DNA from: Centroscyllium fabricii
Taxonomy: Eukaryota
Length of the DNA: 64,000 nt
Assembly (NCBI GenBank): GCA_051313645.2
Contig: JBNRSN020000007.1
Coordinates: 33,604,001 to 33,668,000, forward strand
Direction: 5' to 3'
Shown here: piece after piece, positions 12,333-24,635 of the stretch
Numbering within the stretch: the first letter of the stretch is position 1
How the letters are laid out: every line of letters begins with the position of its first letter
Notes under the pieces: model-generated
Databases searched by the model: none
What the model was told of the DNA's origin: nothing
The model's input: the letters and a program-made list of their open reading frames with translations, nothing else
Program-made: the position numbers and the translations under genes

Positions 12333-12737
12333 ACATAGAAACATAAAAATATAGAAGATAGGAGCAGGAGTAGGCCATTCGGCCCCTCGAGCCTGCTCCG
12401 CCATTCAATGAGATCATGGCTGATCATCCAAACCCAGTACCCCGCCCCTGCCCTCTCCCCATATCCCTATCGAGCCTGCACCGACACATATCCCACCCTA
12501 TCCCCGTAACCCCACATATTCAATCCCCCTAACACTAAGGGTCAATTTATCCTGGCCAATCAACCTAACCCGCACAGCTTTGAACTGTGGGAGGAAGCCG
12601 GAGCACCCGGAGGAAACCCACGCAGACACGGGGAGAATGTGCAAACTCCACACAGATAGTCACCCGAGGCCGGATTTGAACCCGGGCCCCCAGCGCTGTG
12701 AGGCAACAGTGCTAACCACTATGCCACCGTGCCGCCC
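12333..12737 (-). mobile_element. HE1-type SINE, full length
   Basis: Reverse complement of the 4791-5196 SINE. Confidence 0.92.
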
Positions 12738-12770
12738 ATACGGACGATTCCACGGCAATAATGTCAATTA

Positions 12771-13128
12771 CAGGTACACAATCCCTTATCCGAGACCTGT
12801 GGGACCGGACGGGTCTCGGTTTTCGTGATTTCTCGTTTTTTTTTTCGATTTTGCACAGTGCGCATGCGCAGATCACATGCGCAGTTCCGTGTTTGCGGCC
12901 CAGTTCGCCGTCGAGGATCGGCATATCGGCCGTTTGGAACGGCATACCGGCCGTTTATTTACTCAGCACGGCATCAACAGCAACCTGTTAAGGTAAAAAC
13001 ATATTTTTTCTGCTGCAAGTTGGTCACTTCGTGCAATTTATTTAAGAAAAAAAATGGTTATTTTGGCGCAACTCGGGTTCCCGGTTTTTGGAGCTTTTCG
13101 GAAGTTCGGATGAGCGATTTTGTACCTG
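12771..13128 (+). mobile_element. Tigger/pogo-like MITE
   Basis: TA|CAGGTACA...TGTACCTG|TA; same family at 42372-43393 and 49080-49388. Confidence 0.82.
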
Positions 13129-13443
13129 TACTTCGGAGCGTGCCGTAAAAATTAAACCTGACCATCCTCAAACACGTGTGCCAGTTACCTGAATAAAACC
13201 TACTTTGCCAAAGGTGCACAGAGCGAGTTGGGTCTTTAATGGCAAAATGAACCCTCCTCCAGAAAACATGTTCATAAAGATATCAATTTAAACAGAACAA
13301 AGGTGACAGACAAAAGGTCAAATACATTCTCAAATGGCAGCGACTGCTGCCAGCGAAGCTGAAGTAGCTGCACATGCGCAGTGCTTCTTTGATTGTTTGT
13401 GTTTGATTATATTGGGCCAGAAATTAGGCCCGCAACGCGCGAG

Positions 13444-13669
13444 TGTAGCAAACCACTAATCTGCCTGTACAGAACATGCCTGGGCATGCCTCAGCTGGCT
13501 CCGCCCCTGGCTCCACCCCTAAGCCCAGGTCTAAAGGTGAGTGTCCTCCAGTCCCCCTGGCTTTAAGGATCGGTCTGCCAGCAGAGGCATGCTCGTATTC
13601 TCTTGTTAATAAAAGCCTCTTGTGATAAGTTTAACTCTTAGTCTTTTGGGAGTTATTGATGGCACATCA
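13444..13669 (+). mobile_element. Solo LTR (226 bp) inserted in a MITE
   Basis: TG...CA ends, AATAAA at ~13608, 5-bp TSD GCGAG/GTGAG (CpG decay). Removing it restores the MITE sequence aacgcgcgagtacg. Confidence 0.85.
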
Positions 13670-14825
13670 GTGAGTACGGGCAGGGGCCATCGGAGTTGCC
13701 GGTTTCCGCATGAACGCAAAACCGGCACTTCTGATCCCCTGAAAGAAGGGGTTAGGGGTCGGAACGTGTTCGCGTGCGCGGCAGCGGGTGCGCAATGCAC
13801 TTCCGATTTTTTTTTACAGCTTTTTATCTAAGTATTTGAAAAAGTTACGGCTGATATTTTCATGCGCAAAGAGTGGATTTCAGCAGGCCAGTCTTTATTT
13901 AATTCAATTTAAATTTTCCACAGGTTTTTCATTTTTAAATACTTTAAAGAAAGGCAAGTTGATTTTTAGCCCCGTTAAACATTTTAAATATTTTTTTCAA
14001 ATTTTTTTACTTTTGTTTAAAATAGCTAATTTGTGTAATTGAGTGTTATTTTAAAAATTAGATTTTTTAAAATTTACTGATGTTTTGGGGTTGTAGCATT
14101 CATAAGTTTGACAGGTCTTCCTGTGCTCCGATTGGCTCCCCGCGGACCACGTGACCCCGCGCGGAAGCTTCGCACTAACTCCGACACTCAGATGCAGCAG
14201 CTCAGCACGCCGGCATTTCAGGAGGGCCCCGCATCGGGATTTCAGGCGGGTGGAACGGAGAACGGCCGTCGCGGTCCGTAAGTGTGGGTTGGAGGTTTGC
14301 ACTCGTGGGAAGCCTCCAACCCGAATTTCAATAAAAACAATTCTGGGGAAGGGTAGCACTGAAGGGGTTCATTCTTTGACAGTTGTTGAAAAAAAGTGGT
14401 TTGGGTTTCGCTCTGTAAACATCTTTCACCTCTTGCTAGCGATTCAGTACCTTGTAAACAGTGAAAGATTACATTAGAAGTTATGGGGGGCGGGGGGGGA
14501 GAATATTTTTGGTCATATATAAAAAAACTGGTTTCGTTCACCATGGCAACATGCAAGACCGAGCAAGTCAACATAACCTATTGGTGTGGCGAAGCCAGAC
14601 CTCCGTTGTTCTGATTAGCTAGCAGCCTCCAGGACCGATCGTTTTGGAGCCGCTACAGGTTGTTTCCAATGCCAGTCACTGGATCTTGACAGCTGATTTA
14701 TCATCAAGGTAGGTCGAGACATTGGTGATGGTAATTGCAGCGATTTTCCCAAACAATATATTTTGGGGGTGGGGGGGGGGGGAAAAAGGCAGAAGTCGAA
14801 GCTGAAGTAGTTGCAGACGCGCAGA

Positions 14826-15669
14826 ACATAGAAACGTAGAAACACAGAAGACAGGAGCAGGAGTCGGCCATTCGGCCCTTCGAGCCTGCTCCGCCATTCA
14901 ATGAGATCATGGCTGATCATCAAAACCCAGTACCCTGTCCCTGCCTTCTCCCCATATTCCTCGATCCCTCTCGAACCTGCACCGACACGAGACAACAATG
15001 CTAACCACTGTGCCACCGTGGGCGGCACGGTGGCACAGTGGTTAGTACTGTTGTCTCACAGCACTGGAGACCCAGGTTCAAATCCAGCCTCGGGTACTAT
15101 CTGTGTGGAGTTTGCACATTCTCCCCGGGTCTGCGTGGGTTTCCTCCGGGTGCTCCGGTTTCCTCCCACAGTCCAAAGATGTGCGGGTTAGGTGGATTGG
15201 CCAGGATAAATTGACCCTTAGTGTTAGGGGAATTGAATAGGTGGGGTTACGGGGATAGGGTGGGATGTGTGTCGATGCGGGCTCGATAGGGATCGAGGGA
15301 TGTGGGGAGAGGGCAGGGACGGGGTGCTGGGTTTGGATGATCAGCCATGATCTCGTTGAATGGCGGAGCAGGCTCGAAGGGCCGAATGGCCTACTCCTGC
15401 TCCTAGTTTCTATGTTTCTATATCCCACCCTATCCCCGTAACCCCACATATTCAATCCCCCTACCACTAAGGGTCAATTTATCCTGGCCAATCAACCTAA
15501 CCCGCACATCTTTGGACTGTGGGAGGAAACCGGAGCACCCGGAGGAAACCCACGCAGACACGGGGAGAATGTGCAAACTCCACACAGATAGTCACCCGAG
15601 GCTGGATTTGAACCCGGGCCCCTAGGGCTGTGAGGCAACAGTGCTAACCACTATGCCACCGTGCCACCC
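14826..15669. mobile_element. Plus-strand HE1 SINE (15020-15420) inserted into a minus-strand HE1 SINE
   Basis: Minus copy: tail at 14826-14987, head at 15421-15669. The plus copy lies between them, preceded by a ~32-nt inverted copy of its own head. Confidence 0.88.
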
Positions 15670-16130
15670 TGCACAGAACGATCCTGCGCAGCTTCCGGTT
15701 CGTCGGCAGCAGTCACTCTGTTCTCAAATAATGGTGAAACAGTAACAAGCTATTGAGCCAACAAACTGCTGTTAACTATATATTTTTTGTTGATGTTCTG
15801 GTGGAGTATAGACATGATAAGCAGGGGGCTTCCGAGCCGGTGTACATTTTTCATTTCACAAGTGAAAGATAAGACAGCCTCACGAGCAGAAATAAAAATA
15901 AGCTTTGAATTTAGAAAATACAAATAGTTTTATATCTACAGCAATTTGATGGAAACTACCTGTCAACATCACTGTGGCAAACATTTCGATCAAGAGCTTC
16001 CATTTCATGACTTAAGCTTTTGCTCGAGTAATCTAAATGGAACTGGAATTATATAGGGTCATTCCATTTAATCTGGGTTAATCTTGCAATTTATTTATTG
16101 GCACAGCATATTAACAATAGAATTCCTTAC

Positions 16131-16232
16131 CAAGCCACTCGATATAGGAAACGCATGTTTTGTAAGATTCTCGAACATGGACTTTCTGCTGCGACCTTCC
16201 TGTTTGAGAGCAAACCTCAGGTTTCGCATATC
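16131..16232 (-). CDS. MTM1: Myotubularin coding exon (MTM1 exon 6 equivalent), 102 nt
   Basis: ctctttacttttggcAG|GAT ATG CGA...GGC TTG|GTaagg = [34 protein letters not shown] (human MTM1: [34 protein letters not shown]); phase 0-0. Confidence 0.94.
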
Positions 16233-16299
16233 CTGCCAAAAGTAAAGAGTAGCTATATCACAGTGTGCCATAGGTACAGTATTCTGCGATTTTTAAGTA

Positions 16300-16868
16300 A
16301 GAACACGACAACGCAAAATCGTCGAGCAGAGGCTGATTGCCAAGTTCCGCACCCATGAGCACGGCCTCAACCGTGATATTGGGTTTATGTCGCGCTACAT
16401 GTGACCCCGCCTGACGTAGAGTCATCCAGACTCGAACCATCTTTGGCTTGTTCTGCGATTTTAAGTCAGAAAAATCCTTGTTTTAAAAAAATCATGATGT
16501 GGGATTTAAAGCCGACGGTAGCGTTTGACCCTTTGTGACTGCAACCTTTGATATGTTGGAACACCTTTGATTGCTCTGATGTCCCTCAGCTGAGGTGTGA
16601 TGTGAAATGACTGGAGAGACCACATTGTTATCTCTCTCTATATATGCCATGTTTAAATGAATCTCTTAAAATATGTTAATACGCCTTTGTGTGTCTGTCT
16701 CTACTGAGGTGAGATGTGGGAGATATCGGATTTCTCTCTTCATCACATATGTGCGTTCTTTAAGTCAGTCTCTCTCTTTCACCTTGACGAAGGAGCAGCG
16801 CTCCGAAAGCTTGTGATTTAAAATAAAACTGTTGGACTATAATCTGGTGTTGTGTGACTTCTTGCAAT
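16300..16868 (+). mobile_element. Penelope-like element 3' end with two hammerhead-like motifs
   Basis: Encodes a GIY-YIG C-terminus RQRKIVEQRLIAKFRTHEHGLNRDIGFMSRYM*. Motifs ctgacg.agagtc-atcca-gactc-gaa (~16410) and tgacga-aggagc-agc-gctcc-gaaagctt (~16785). Confidence 0.8.
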
Positions 16869-17087
16869 AGATACAGAACAGCCTTGTCGTAAGAGATAGC
16901 ACATCGTTACTTAGTCACTCTTGCTCTTGAAAGCTATAAAGATGTAAACAGCTTCGTCTTAAAGGCAGAGAATCGTGGATTTGCAAAATAATGAAAAAAA
17001 TTGCCCCCACAACTGTTGTTTCAAATTACAACACACAAACAGACTATCAGAGCAATAACATGTGGTTAGAGATCAGATAATACACAC

Positions 17088-17528
17088 AGGGCCTCAGGCC
17101 CGGAGTTCGGAGCTCAGGGGGAGCCGGAGGGTGCTGGACTAGGCCTCAGGCCCGGAGTTTGGAGCTCGGGGGGAGCCGGGATGGCGCCTGGGCGAGAGCC
17201 AGGCCCCAGGACGCTGCTCCTGGAAGTTCGGAGATCCGTGGATTCGGGGGAGCCGGCCTGGTGTCGGGCCGGAAGGAGACAAGTCAAGAGTAACATCGGA
17301 AGGAACAGCGGCAGAGCAAGTTAACGGAGCGACAGAGGATAATTAACATCGTACTGAGAGGCCGGAGCAGGAACGGGACCCACGATGATGGCGCCGGAGA
17401 ATGGCTGACGTCTTGCGGGCTCGTGCGTGCCGGGCAGCTTAATGTTCTTGTTGCGCGGTGCGTTCGGGTAGCAATAAGCATTTCGCTGTCTAGATTGTAT
17501 TTAGTACACGTGACAATAAACTTGAATT
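17088..17528 (+). mobile_element. Non-autonomous retroelement with a Rex1-type tail (similar tails at ~55149-55600 and ~56515-56550, minus strand)
   Basis: Ends tgacaataaacttgaatt, like the Rex1 tail at 23401; GC-rich internal direct repeats. Confidence 0.55.
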
Positions 17529-17805
17529 AGTAGGATTGTACAGCAGATCCCCTAATTGGGGAAGGAAATGGAAGAGGAAATCTGTAGACAGATCAGGGAG
17601 TTGAGTAGGAACAACAAAATTGTTCAATGAGATTTTAATTATCTAATCATGAGGTGTCATTACACTGCTTGATGTATTCTATAGGCTGCCAACTAATGGG
17701 AAGGATATAGAGGAGCAAATCTGCAGGGAAATTAGAGAAGTGCAAGAACTAGAGTAGTGATAATGGGGGATTTCAATTATTCTAATATAGACTGGGATAG
17801 TAATA

Positions 17806-18515
17806 CAGGTTGAGCACTGTTAATCCGGCACAGGCGGGACCAGGCCCGTGCCAGGAAAGTGAAAACCCCGAACGATTGAAGCTTCGGTGAGCGCATGCGC
17901 AGCCCATTCAAAATGGCCGCCACCAAAGGGTGGTGGCCATTTTGAGTGGTCTGCACATGCGCTTATCGTTCGGGGAGGCCCGGCCCGCGATCAGCTCGGA
18001 GAGACTCGGGGAGGCCTGGCCCATGATCAGCTCGGTGACTCCCGGCCCGCGATCGGCTCAGAGAGACTCGGGGACGCCCGGCCCGCGATCGGCTCGGAGA
18101 GATTCGGGGACGCCCGGCCCGCGATCGGCTCGGAGAGACTCGGGGACGCCCGACCCGCGATCAGCTCGGAGAGACTCATGGACGCCCGGCCCGCGATCGG
18201 CTCAGAGAGACTCGGGGAGGCCCGGCCAGAGATCGGCTCGGAGAGCCCGGCCCGCTATCGGTTCGGTGAGACTCGGGGACGCCCGGCTCGCGATCGGCTC
18301 GGAGAGACTCGGGGAGCCCGGCCCACTATCGGTTCGGTGAGACTCGGGGAGCCCGGCCCGCGATCGGCTCGGAGAGACTCGGGGAGCCCAGCCCGCAATC
18401 GGCTCGGAGAGACCATTGTGAATGATTTGCGCATGCGCTCGCCGTTCGGGGCAATTTATGCCGGACAACTGAAGCTGCCGGCTTTCCGGTTAACGGATTA
18501 CTGGTGCTCAACCTG
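17806..18515 (+). mobile_element. Tigger-like MITE with an internal ~35-bp GC-rich tandem array (~17975-18410)
   Basis: TA|CAGGTTGAGCAC...GTGCTCAACCTG; unit gcccggcccgcgatcggctcggagagactcggggac. Confidence 0.85.
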
Positions 18516-19148
18516 CAGTGTAAAGGGCAGAGAGGGGGAAAACCTCTGAAGCGTGTTCAGGAGAACTTTCTTGATTAGTAAGTTTCTGGCCCAACGAGGG
18601 AGGAGGCATTGCTGGATCTGGTTCTGGGGAATGAGGTGGGTCAAGCGGAGCAAGTGTCAGCAGGGGAACATTTAGGAAACAGTGATCATAGTATCATAAG
18701 GTTTAGCTTAGCTATGAAAAAGGACAAGGAGCGACCTAGAGTAAAAATACTTAATTGGAGGAAGGCCAATTTCAGTGGGTTGAGAAGGATCTGGCCCAGG
18801 TAAATTGGAGACAAAGATTGGCAGGCAAAACTGTAATCGAACAATGGGCTGCCTTTAAAGAGGAGATGGATCGGGTAGAGTCGAGGTACATTCCCACGAG
18901 GGGGAAAGGTAGGGCAACTAAAGTCAGAGCCCGCTGGATGATGAAAGAGATAGAGAATAAGATGAAGCAGAAAAAGGGGACGTATGATAGAGGTCAGTTT
19001 GTAAATACAAGTGAGAACCAAGCTGAATATAGAAAGTTCAGAGGGGAAGTGAAAAAGGAAATGAGGGGCAAAGAGAGAGTGTAAGAATAGATTGACAGCT
19101 AACATAAAAGAGAATCCAAAAGTCTTCTATAGGCATATAAATAGTAAA

Positions 19149-19763
19149 TGGGTAGCCAGTGGCTGGGAATTCTGCGGCGAGTGTCTCACCTCCTGACTCC
19201 CCAAAGCCTTTCCACCATCTACAAGGCACAAGTCAGGAGTGTGATGGAATACTCTCCACTTGCCTGGATGAGTGCAGCTCCAACAACACTCAAGAAGCTC
19301 GACACCATTCAGGATAAAGCAGGCCGCTTGATTGGCACTCCATCCACCACCTTCAACATTCACTCCCTCCACCACCGGCGCACTGTGGCTGCAGTGTGTA
19401 CCGTCTACAAGATGCACTGCAGCAACTCGCCAAAGCTCCTTCAACAGCACCTTCCAAACCCGCGACCTCTACCACTTAGAAGGACAAGGGCAGCAGACGC
19501 ATGGGAACAGCACCACCTACAAGTTCCCCTCCAAGCCACACACCATCCTGACTTGGACCTGTATTGCTGCTCCTTCACTGTCGCTGGGCCAAAATCCTGG
19601 AACTCCCTTCCTAACAACATTGTGGGTGTACCTACACCATACAGACTGCAGCGGTTCAAGAAGGCGGCTCACCACCATCTTCTCAAGGACAATTAGGGAT
19701 GGGCACTAAATGCAGGCCTAGCCAGCCAGCGACGCCCACATCCCATCAATGAATTAAAAAAAA
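19149..19763 (+). mobile_element. CR1-group (Zenon-like) LINE 3' end with A-tail
   Basis: LGILRRVSHLLTPQSLSTIYKAQVRSVMEYS; ends gacgcccacatcccatcaatgaattaaaaaaa. Same family at 43918-44827 and 52944-53798. Confidence 0.82.
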
Positions 19764-20500
19764 GAAGAGGAGGGGTGGGGCTAATTAGGGACCAAAAAGA
19801 TCTACGCATGGAAGCAGAGGGCATGGCTCAGGTACTAAGTGGGTACTTTGCATCTGTCATTACCAAGGAAGAAGATGCTGCCAAAGTCAGTGAGAAAGAG
19901 AAGGTACTTGAGGTACTGGATGGGATAAAAAATGGTAAAGGAGGTACTAGAAAGGCTGGCTGTACTTGAAGTAGTTAGGTCACCAGCACCAGATGGATGC
20001 AGCCTAGGATACTGAGGGAGATACGGGTGCAAATTGCAGAGGTACTGGCCATAATCTTCCAATCCTCCTTGGATATGTGAGTGGTGCCAGAGGACTGGAG
20101 AATTGCAAATGTTATACCTTTGTTCAAAAAAGTGTGTAAGGATAAACCCAGCTACTACAGGCCAGTCAGTTTAACCTTGGTTGATGGGAAGCTTTCAGAA
20201 ACGATAATCCGGGACAAAGTTGAGTCGCTTGGACAAGTGTGGATTAATTAAGGAAACCCAACACGGCTTTGACAAAGGCAAATCGTGTTTAACTAACTTG
20301 ATCGAGTTTTTTGATGAGGTAACAGAGAGGGTTGATGAGGGCAATGAGGTTGACGTGGTGTACATGGACTTCCAAAAGGCGTTCGACAAAGTGCCACTTA
20401 ATAGTCTTGCCAGCAAAGTTGAAGCCCGTGGAATAAAACGGACAGTGGCAGCATGGATACGAAATTGGCTAAGTGACAGGAAACAGAGAGTAGTGGTGAA

Positions 20501-21101
20501 CGGAACACCTCCGTCCAGTCCGTAAGGGGGACCCCGAGCTCCCAGTAGCCTGTCACTTTAACTCCCCACTCCACTCCCATTCAGACCTCGCTGTCTGTGG
20601 CCTGCTGCATTGTTCCACGGAAGCCCAGCGTAAACTCGAGGAACAGCAACTTATCTTTCGCTTAGGCACTCTACAGCCCTCTGGACTAAACAGAGTTCAG
20701 CAATTTTAGATCATAACCTCGGCCCCATCTACACTTTAACAGATATATATTTTCTCTCTTTTTTCAATCCACACTTTCGTCTGGGCTTTTTGTCTTTACT
20801 ATGCTAAAGCTGTTCACACCTATTCTGAGCCATCCTGTGTTTCTTCAATTTCTCCGCATATCTCTTATCTTCCCCGCCTTCTAGCCACCGCCCCCCCCCC
20901 CCCCCCCCCCTTTCCCCAGCCCCCACAAGCTTTAAAATCTATTCCCCCTTCCTGGCTTCTCCAGTTCTGAAGAAAGGTCATTGACCTGAAATGTCAACTC
21001 TGCTCCTCTCTCCACCGATGCTGCCTGGCCTGCTGAGTTTCTCCAGCGTTTTCTGTTGTTATTTCAGATTTCCAGCATCCGCAGTATTTTGCTATCATCG
21101 T
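20501..21101 (+). mobile_element. Penelope-like element 3' end with hammerhead (20963-20999)
   Basis: GIY-YIG remnant (EHLRPVRKGDPELPVACHFNS...EEQQLIFRLGTLQPSGL); 12-bp TSD agtagtggtgaa at 20489-20500 and 21102-21113. Confidence 0.87.
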
Positions 21102-22257
21102 AGTAGTGGTGAAGGGTTGTTTTTCGGACTGGAGGAAGGTGTTCCCCAGGGGTCGGTACTAGGACCACTGCTTTTCTTGATATATATTAATGACTTGGAC
21201 GTGGGTGTACAGGGCACAATTTCAAAATTTGCAGATGACACAAAACTTGGAATATAGTGAACAGTGAGGAGAATAGTGATAGACTTCAAGAGGACATAGA
21301 CGGGCTGGTGGAATGGGCGGACACATGGCAAATGAAATTTAACGCAGAAAAGTGTGAAATTATACATTTTGGTAGGAAGAACGAGAGGCGGCAATATAAA
21401 CTAAAGGGTACAATTCTAAAGGGGGTGCATGAACAGAGAGACCTGGGGGTATATGTGCACAAATCACTGAAGGTGGCAGGGCAGGTTGAGAAAGCGGTTA
21501 AAAAAGAATACAGTTCCTGGGCTTCATAAATAAAAGGTATAGAGTACAAAAGCAAGGTAGCTATGATGAACTTTTATAAAACACTGGTTCGGCCTCAAGT
21601 GGAGATGTGTGTTCAATTCTGGGCACCGCCCTTTAGAAAGAATGTGAAGGCCTTAGAGAGGGTGCAGAAAAGATTTACGAGAATGCTTCCAGGGATGATG
21701 GGCTTCAGTAATGTGGATAGACTGGAGAAACTGGGGCTGTTCTCCTTAGAGCAGAGAGGGTTTGATAGAGGTGTTCAAAATCAGGAGGAGTCTAGACAGA
21801 GTAGAGAGAGAGAAATTGTTCCCATTGGCCGAAGGGTCGAGAACCAGAGGACACAGATTTAAGGTGATTGGCAGAAGAACCAAAGGCGACATGAGGAAAA
21901 ACACTTGTTTACACAGCGAGTGGTTAGGATCTGGAATGCGCTGCCTCAAAGGATGGTGGCAGTAGATTCAATCGTGATTTTCAAAAGGGAATTGGACAAG
22001 TACCTGAAGGAAAAAAAATTGTAGGGCTACGAGGAAAGTCCGGGGGAGTGGGACTAGCTGAAGTTCTCTTGCAGAGAGCCGGCATGGGCTCGACGGGCCG
22101 AATGGCCTCCTTCTGTGCTGTAATCATTCTATGATTCAATCATTGATTGGGAGGAGGAGGAATTAAATGGAGAAAAGAAATGAAATTGGTAAAATGCGTA
22201 CAAGACTCCTTCCTTAATCAGTGTCCACGTGCCAGATAGGGAGAGGCATTGCTAGAT

Positions 22258-22880
22258 CGAAAATAACAAACAGAAAATGCTGGAAAAACTCAGCAGGCCA
22301 GGCAGCATCGGTGGAGAGAAATATAGAGTCGACGTTTCGGGTCGGGACCCTTTATCAAGACTAAAGCTGGGGAATGAAACAGGCAGGAAGGCGGGAGGAG
22401 GTGGGAGGGAACAAAGAGAAGACAGCACAAAGAGAAAAGACTTTGAGAGGTTTTCAAAATGAGACAAGATGCTGTGGACAGGAGTCAGCTGTAGATTAGG
22501 TGTGAAAAGCTCTGGCAGAATGGGAGGTGGCAGCCACGAGAGGGGAAAAAAAGGCCAAATAAAAGGTGCGGATAAAAATAGGTAAAAGTATAATTGGGGC
22601 CGAAGTTATGATCTGTAATTGGTGAACTCGATATTGAGTCCGGAAGGCTGTAAAGTGCCTAATCGGAAGATGAGGTGCAGTTCCTCGAGTTTACGCTGAG
22701 CTTCCGAGGAACAATGCAATAGGCCGAGGACAGAGAGATCAGAGTGGGAGTGAAGCGGAGAATTAAAGTGACAGGCGACTGGGAGCTCGGGGTCCCATTT
22801 GCGGACTGAACGGAGGTGTTCCGCAAAGTGGTCACCCAATCTGCGTTTGGTCTCCCCAATATAGAGGAGACCACTTCTCG
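22258..22880 (-). mobile_element. Penelope-like element 3' end (GIY-YIG endonuclease + pLTR)
   Basis: ORF 22606-22914: GLLYIGETKRRLGDHFAEHLRSV...HFNS...LGTLQPSGLNIEF. Confidence 0.88.
22326..22362 (-). ncRNA. Minimal type I hammerhead ribozyme, U3-A8 core variant
   Basis: Minus strand AGTC TTGATAA A GGGT-CCCG-ACCC GAAA CGTC^GACT: stem I agtc/gact, stem II, GAAA and a GUC cleavage triplet. Confidence 0.75.
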
Positions 22881-23078
22881 ATCTAGTTATGTCAACGGTG
22901 GACTCAAGTCCCACTCCAGAGACTTGAGCACATTATCCAGGCTGACACTTCACTGCAGTACTGAGGGAGTGCTTCGCTGTGAGAGATGTTGTCTTTTGGA
23001 TGGGATGTTAAACCAAGTCTGCCCTCTTAAAAGATCCCATGGCATTATTGGAACAGCAGCAGGAGAGTTCTCCCCATT

Positions 23079-24271
23079 GGGCGGCACGGTGGCACAGTGG
23101 TTAGCACCGTTGCCTCACAGCTCTGGAGACCCGGGTTCAAATCCAGCCTCGGGTGACTATCTGTGTGGAGTTTGCACATTCTCCCCGTGTCTGCGTGAGT
23201 TTCCTCCGGGTGCTCCGTTTTCCTCCCACAGTCCAAAGATGTGCGGGTTAGGTTGATTGGCCATGATAAATTGACCCTTAGTGTTAGGGGGATTAAATGT
23301 GTGGGGTTACGGGGATAGGGTGGGATATGTGTCGGTGCAGGCTTGATAGGGATATGGGGGGGGAGGGCAGGGGCGGGGTGCTGGGTTTGGATGATCAGCC
23401 AATTCAATTCAATTCAAGTTTTATTGTCATTGCAGAGTACTAGTACAATACAACGAGACGAAGACTCGACGCTCCCGAGAGTAGTGCAAATAAATTACAT
23501 GCAAATTGCATACAGTAAACTACATTATCAGGCATGCAGGTTCCGGAGTTTTTTGTTTTTTTATATAAAGAGTTCAGGAGGCTGACAGCCCTGGGGAAGA
23601 AGCTGTTCTTAAATCTAGTCGTGCGGGTGCGAATTGATCTGTAGCGTCTCCCGGAGGGCAGGGGGGCGAACAGACTGTGGCTGGGGTGTGTGGGGTCTTT
23701 AATAATGTTCAGAGACCTCCGTAAGCAGCGTTTGAGGTAGATGCTTTCCATTGATGGTAGCTGGGTACCGGTGATTCGTTGGGCAGTTTTGACTACCCGC
23801 TGCAGGGTTTTCCGGTCCGAGATAGTGCAATTTCCATACCAGACTGTGATGCAGCTTGTCAGTATGCTTTCTATTGTGCAGCGGTAGAAGTTGGAGAGGA
23901 TGCCGGATGACAGCCTGGCTTTCTTCAGCTTCCTTAGGAAGTACAGGCGCTGTTGGGCCTTCTTAACCAGAGAGGAGGTGTTTGGTGACCAGGAGAGATC
24001 TTCCGAGACGTGGACCCCGAGGAACTTGAAGCTGGACACCCTTTCCACCTCAGCCCCTTGGATGAAGATGGGGGTGTGTCTTCTGCTTCCAGTCCTCCGG
24101 AAGTCCACTATGATCTCCTTAGTTTTCTTGGTGTTCAGTGCCAGGTTGTTGTCGGCACACCAACCCACAAGGCGCTGGATCTCATCCCTGTAGGCATGAT
24201 CTCATTGAATGGCAGAGCAGGCTCGAAGGGCCGAATGGCTTACTCCTGCTCCTAGTTCTATGTTTCTATGT
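23079..24271 (+). mobile_element. HE1 SINE interrupted by Rex1
   Basis: Head and V domain at 23079-23400; tail catgatctcattgaatggc... at 24196-24271. Confidence 0.88.
23401..24195 (-). mobile_element. Rex1/Babar LINE 3' end, stop-free
   Basis: ORF 23440-24168: WCADNNLALNTKKTKEIIVDFR...KAQQRLYFLRKL...FYRCTIESILT...SFFPRAV; (TTGAA)n tail. Confidence 0.9.
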
Positions 24272-24635
24272 CCTGGCCTATATTTATTCCTCAACCAACA
24301 CTACAAAAAAAAATAATCTGGTCATTAGCACATTGCTGTCTGTGGGAGCTTGCTGTGCACAAATTGGCTGCCGTGTTTCCGACATTAGAACAGCGACTAC
24401 ACAATTGGATTTACTGACCTGCACTGGCACCCAGTTAAGCAACGCCTCGATTTTAAAATTCTCATCCTCCACCACGGCCTCGCCCCCTCCCCATTTCCTC
24501 CAACCCAACGACCCTCCGAGATCGCTGCGCTCCTCCAATTCTGGCTTCTTGCGCATTCCCTGATTTCCGTCGCTCCGCTATTGGCGGCCGTGCCTTCAAC
24601 TGCCGAGACCCTAAGCTCTGGAATTCCCTCTCCAA

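Larger units (their letters stand above)
17540..22140 (+). mobile_element. Long degenerate CR1 LINE (endonuclease to 3' tail) with three nested insertions
   Basis: Fragments [46 protein letters not shown] and the tail attctatgatt. Interrupted at 17806-18515, 19149-19763 and 20501-21101. Confidence 0.88.

Noticed and set aside
1-16130. Next MTM1 exon (PLFAF...GW..Y....EYRRQ)
   Set aside because: Candidate minus-strand splice sites (~8910, ~13178, ~14450) gave stops or unrelated peptides; the exon probably lies left of the window.
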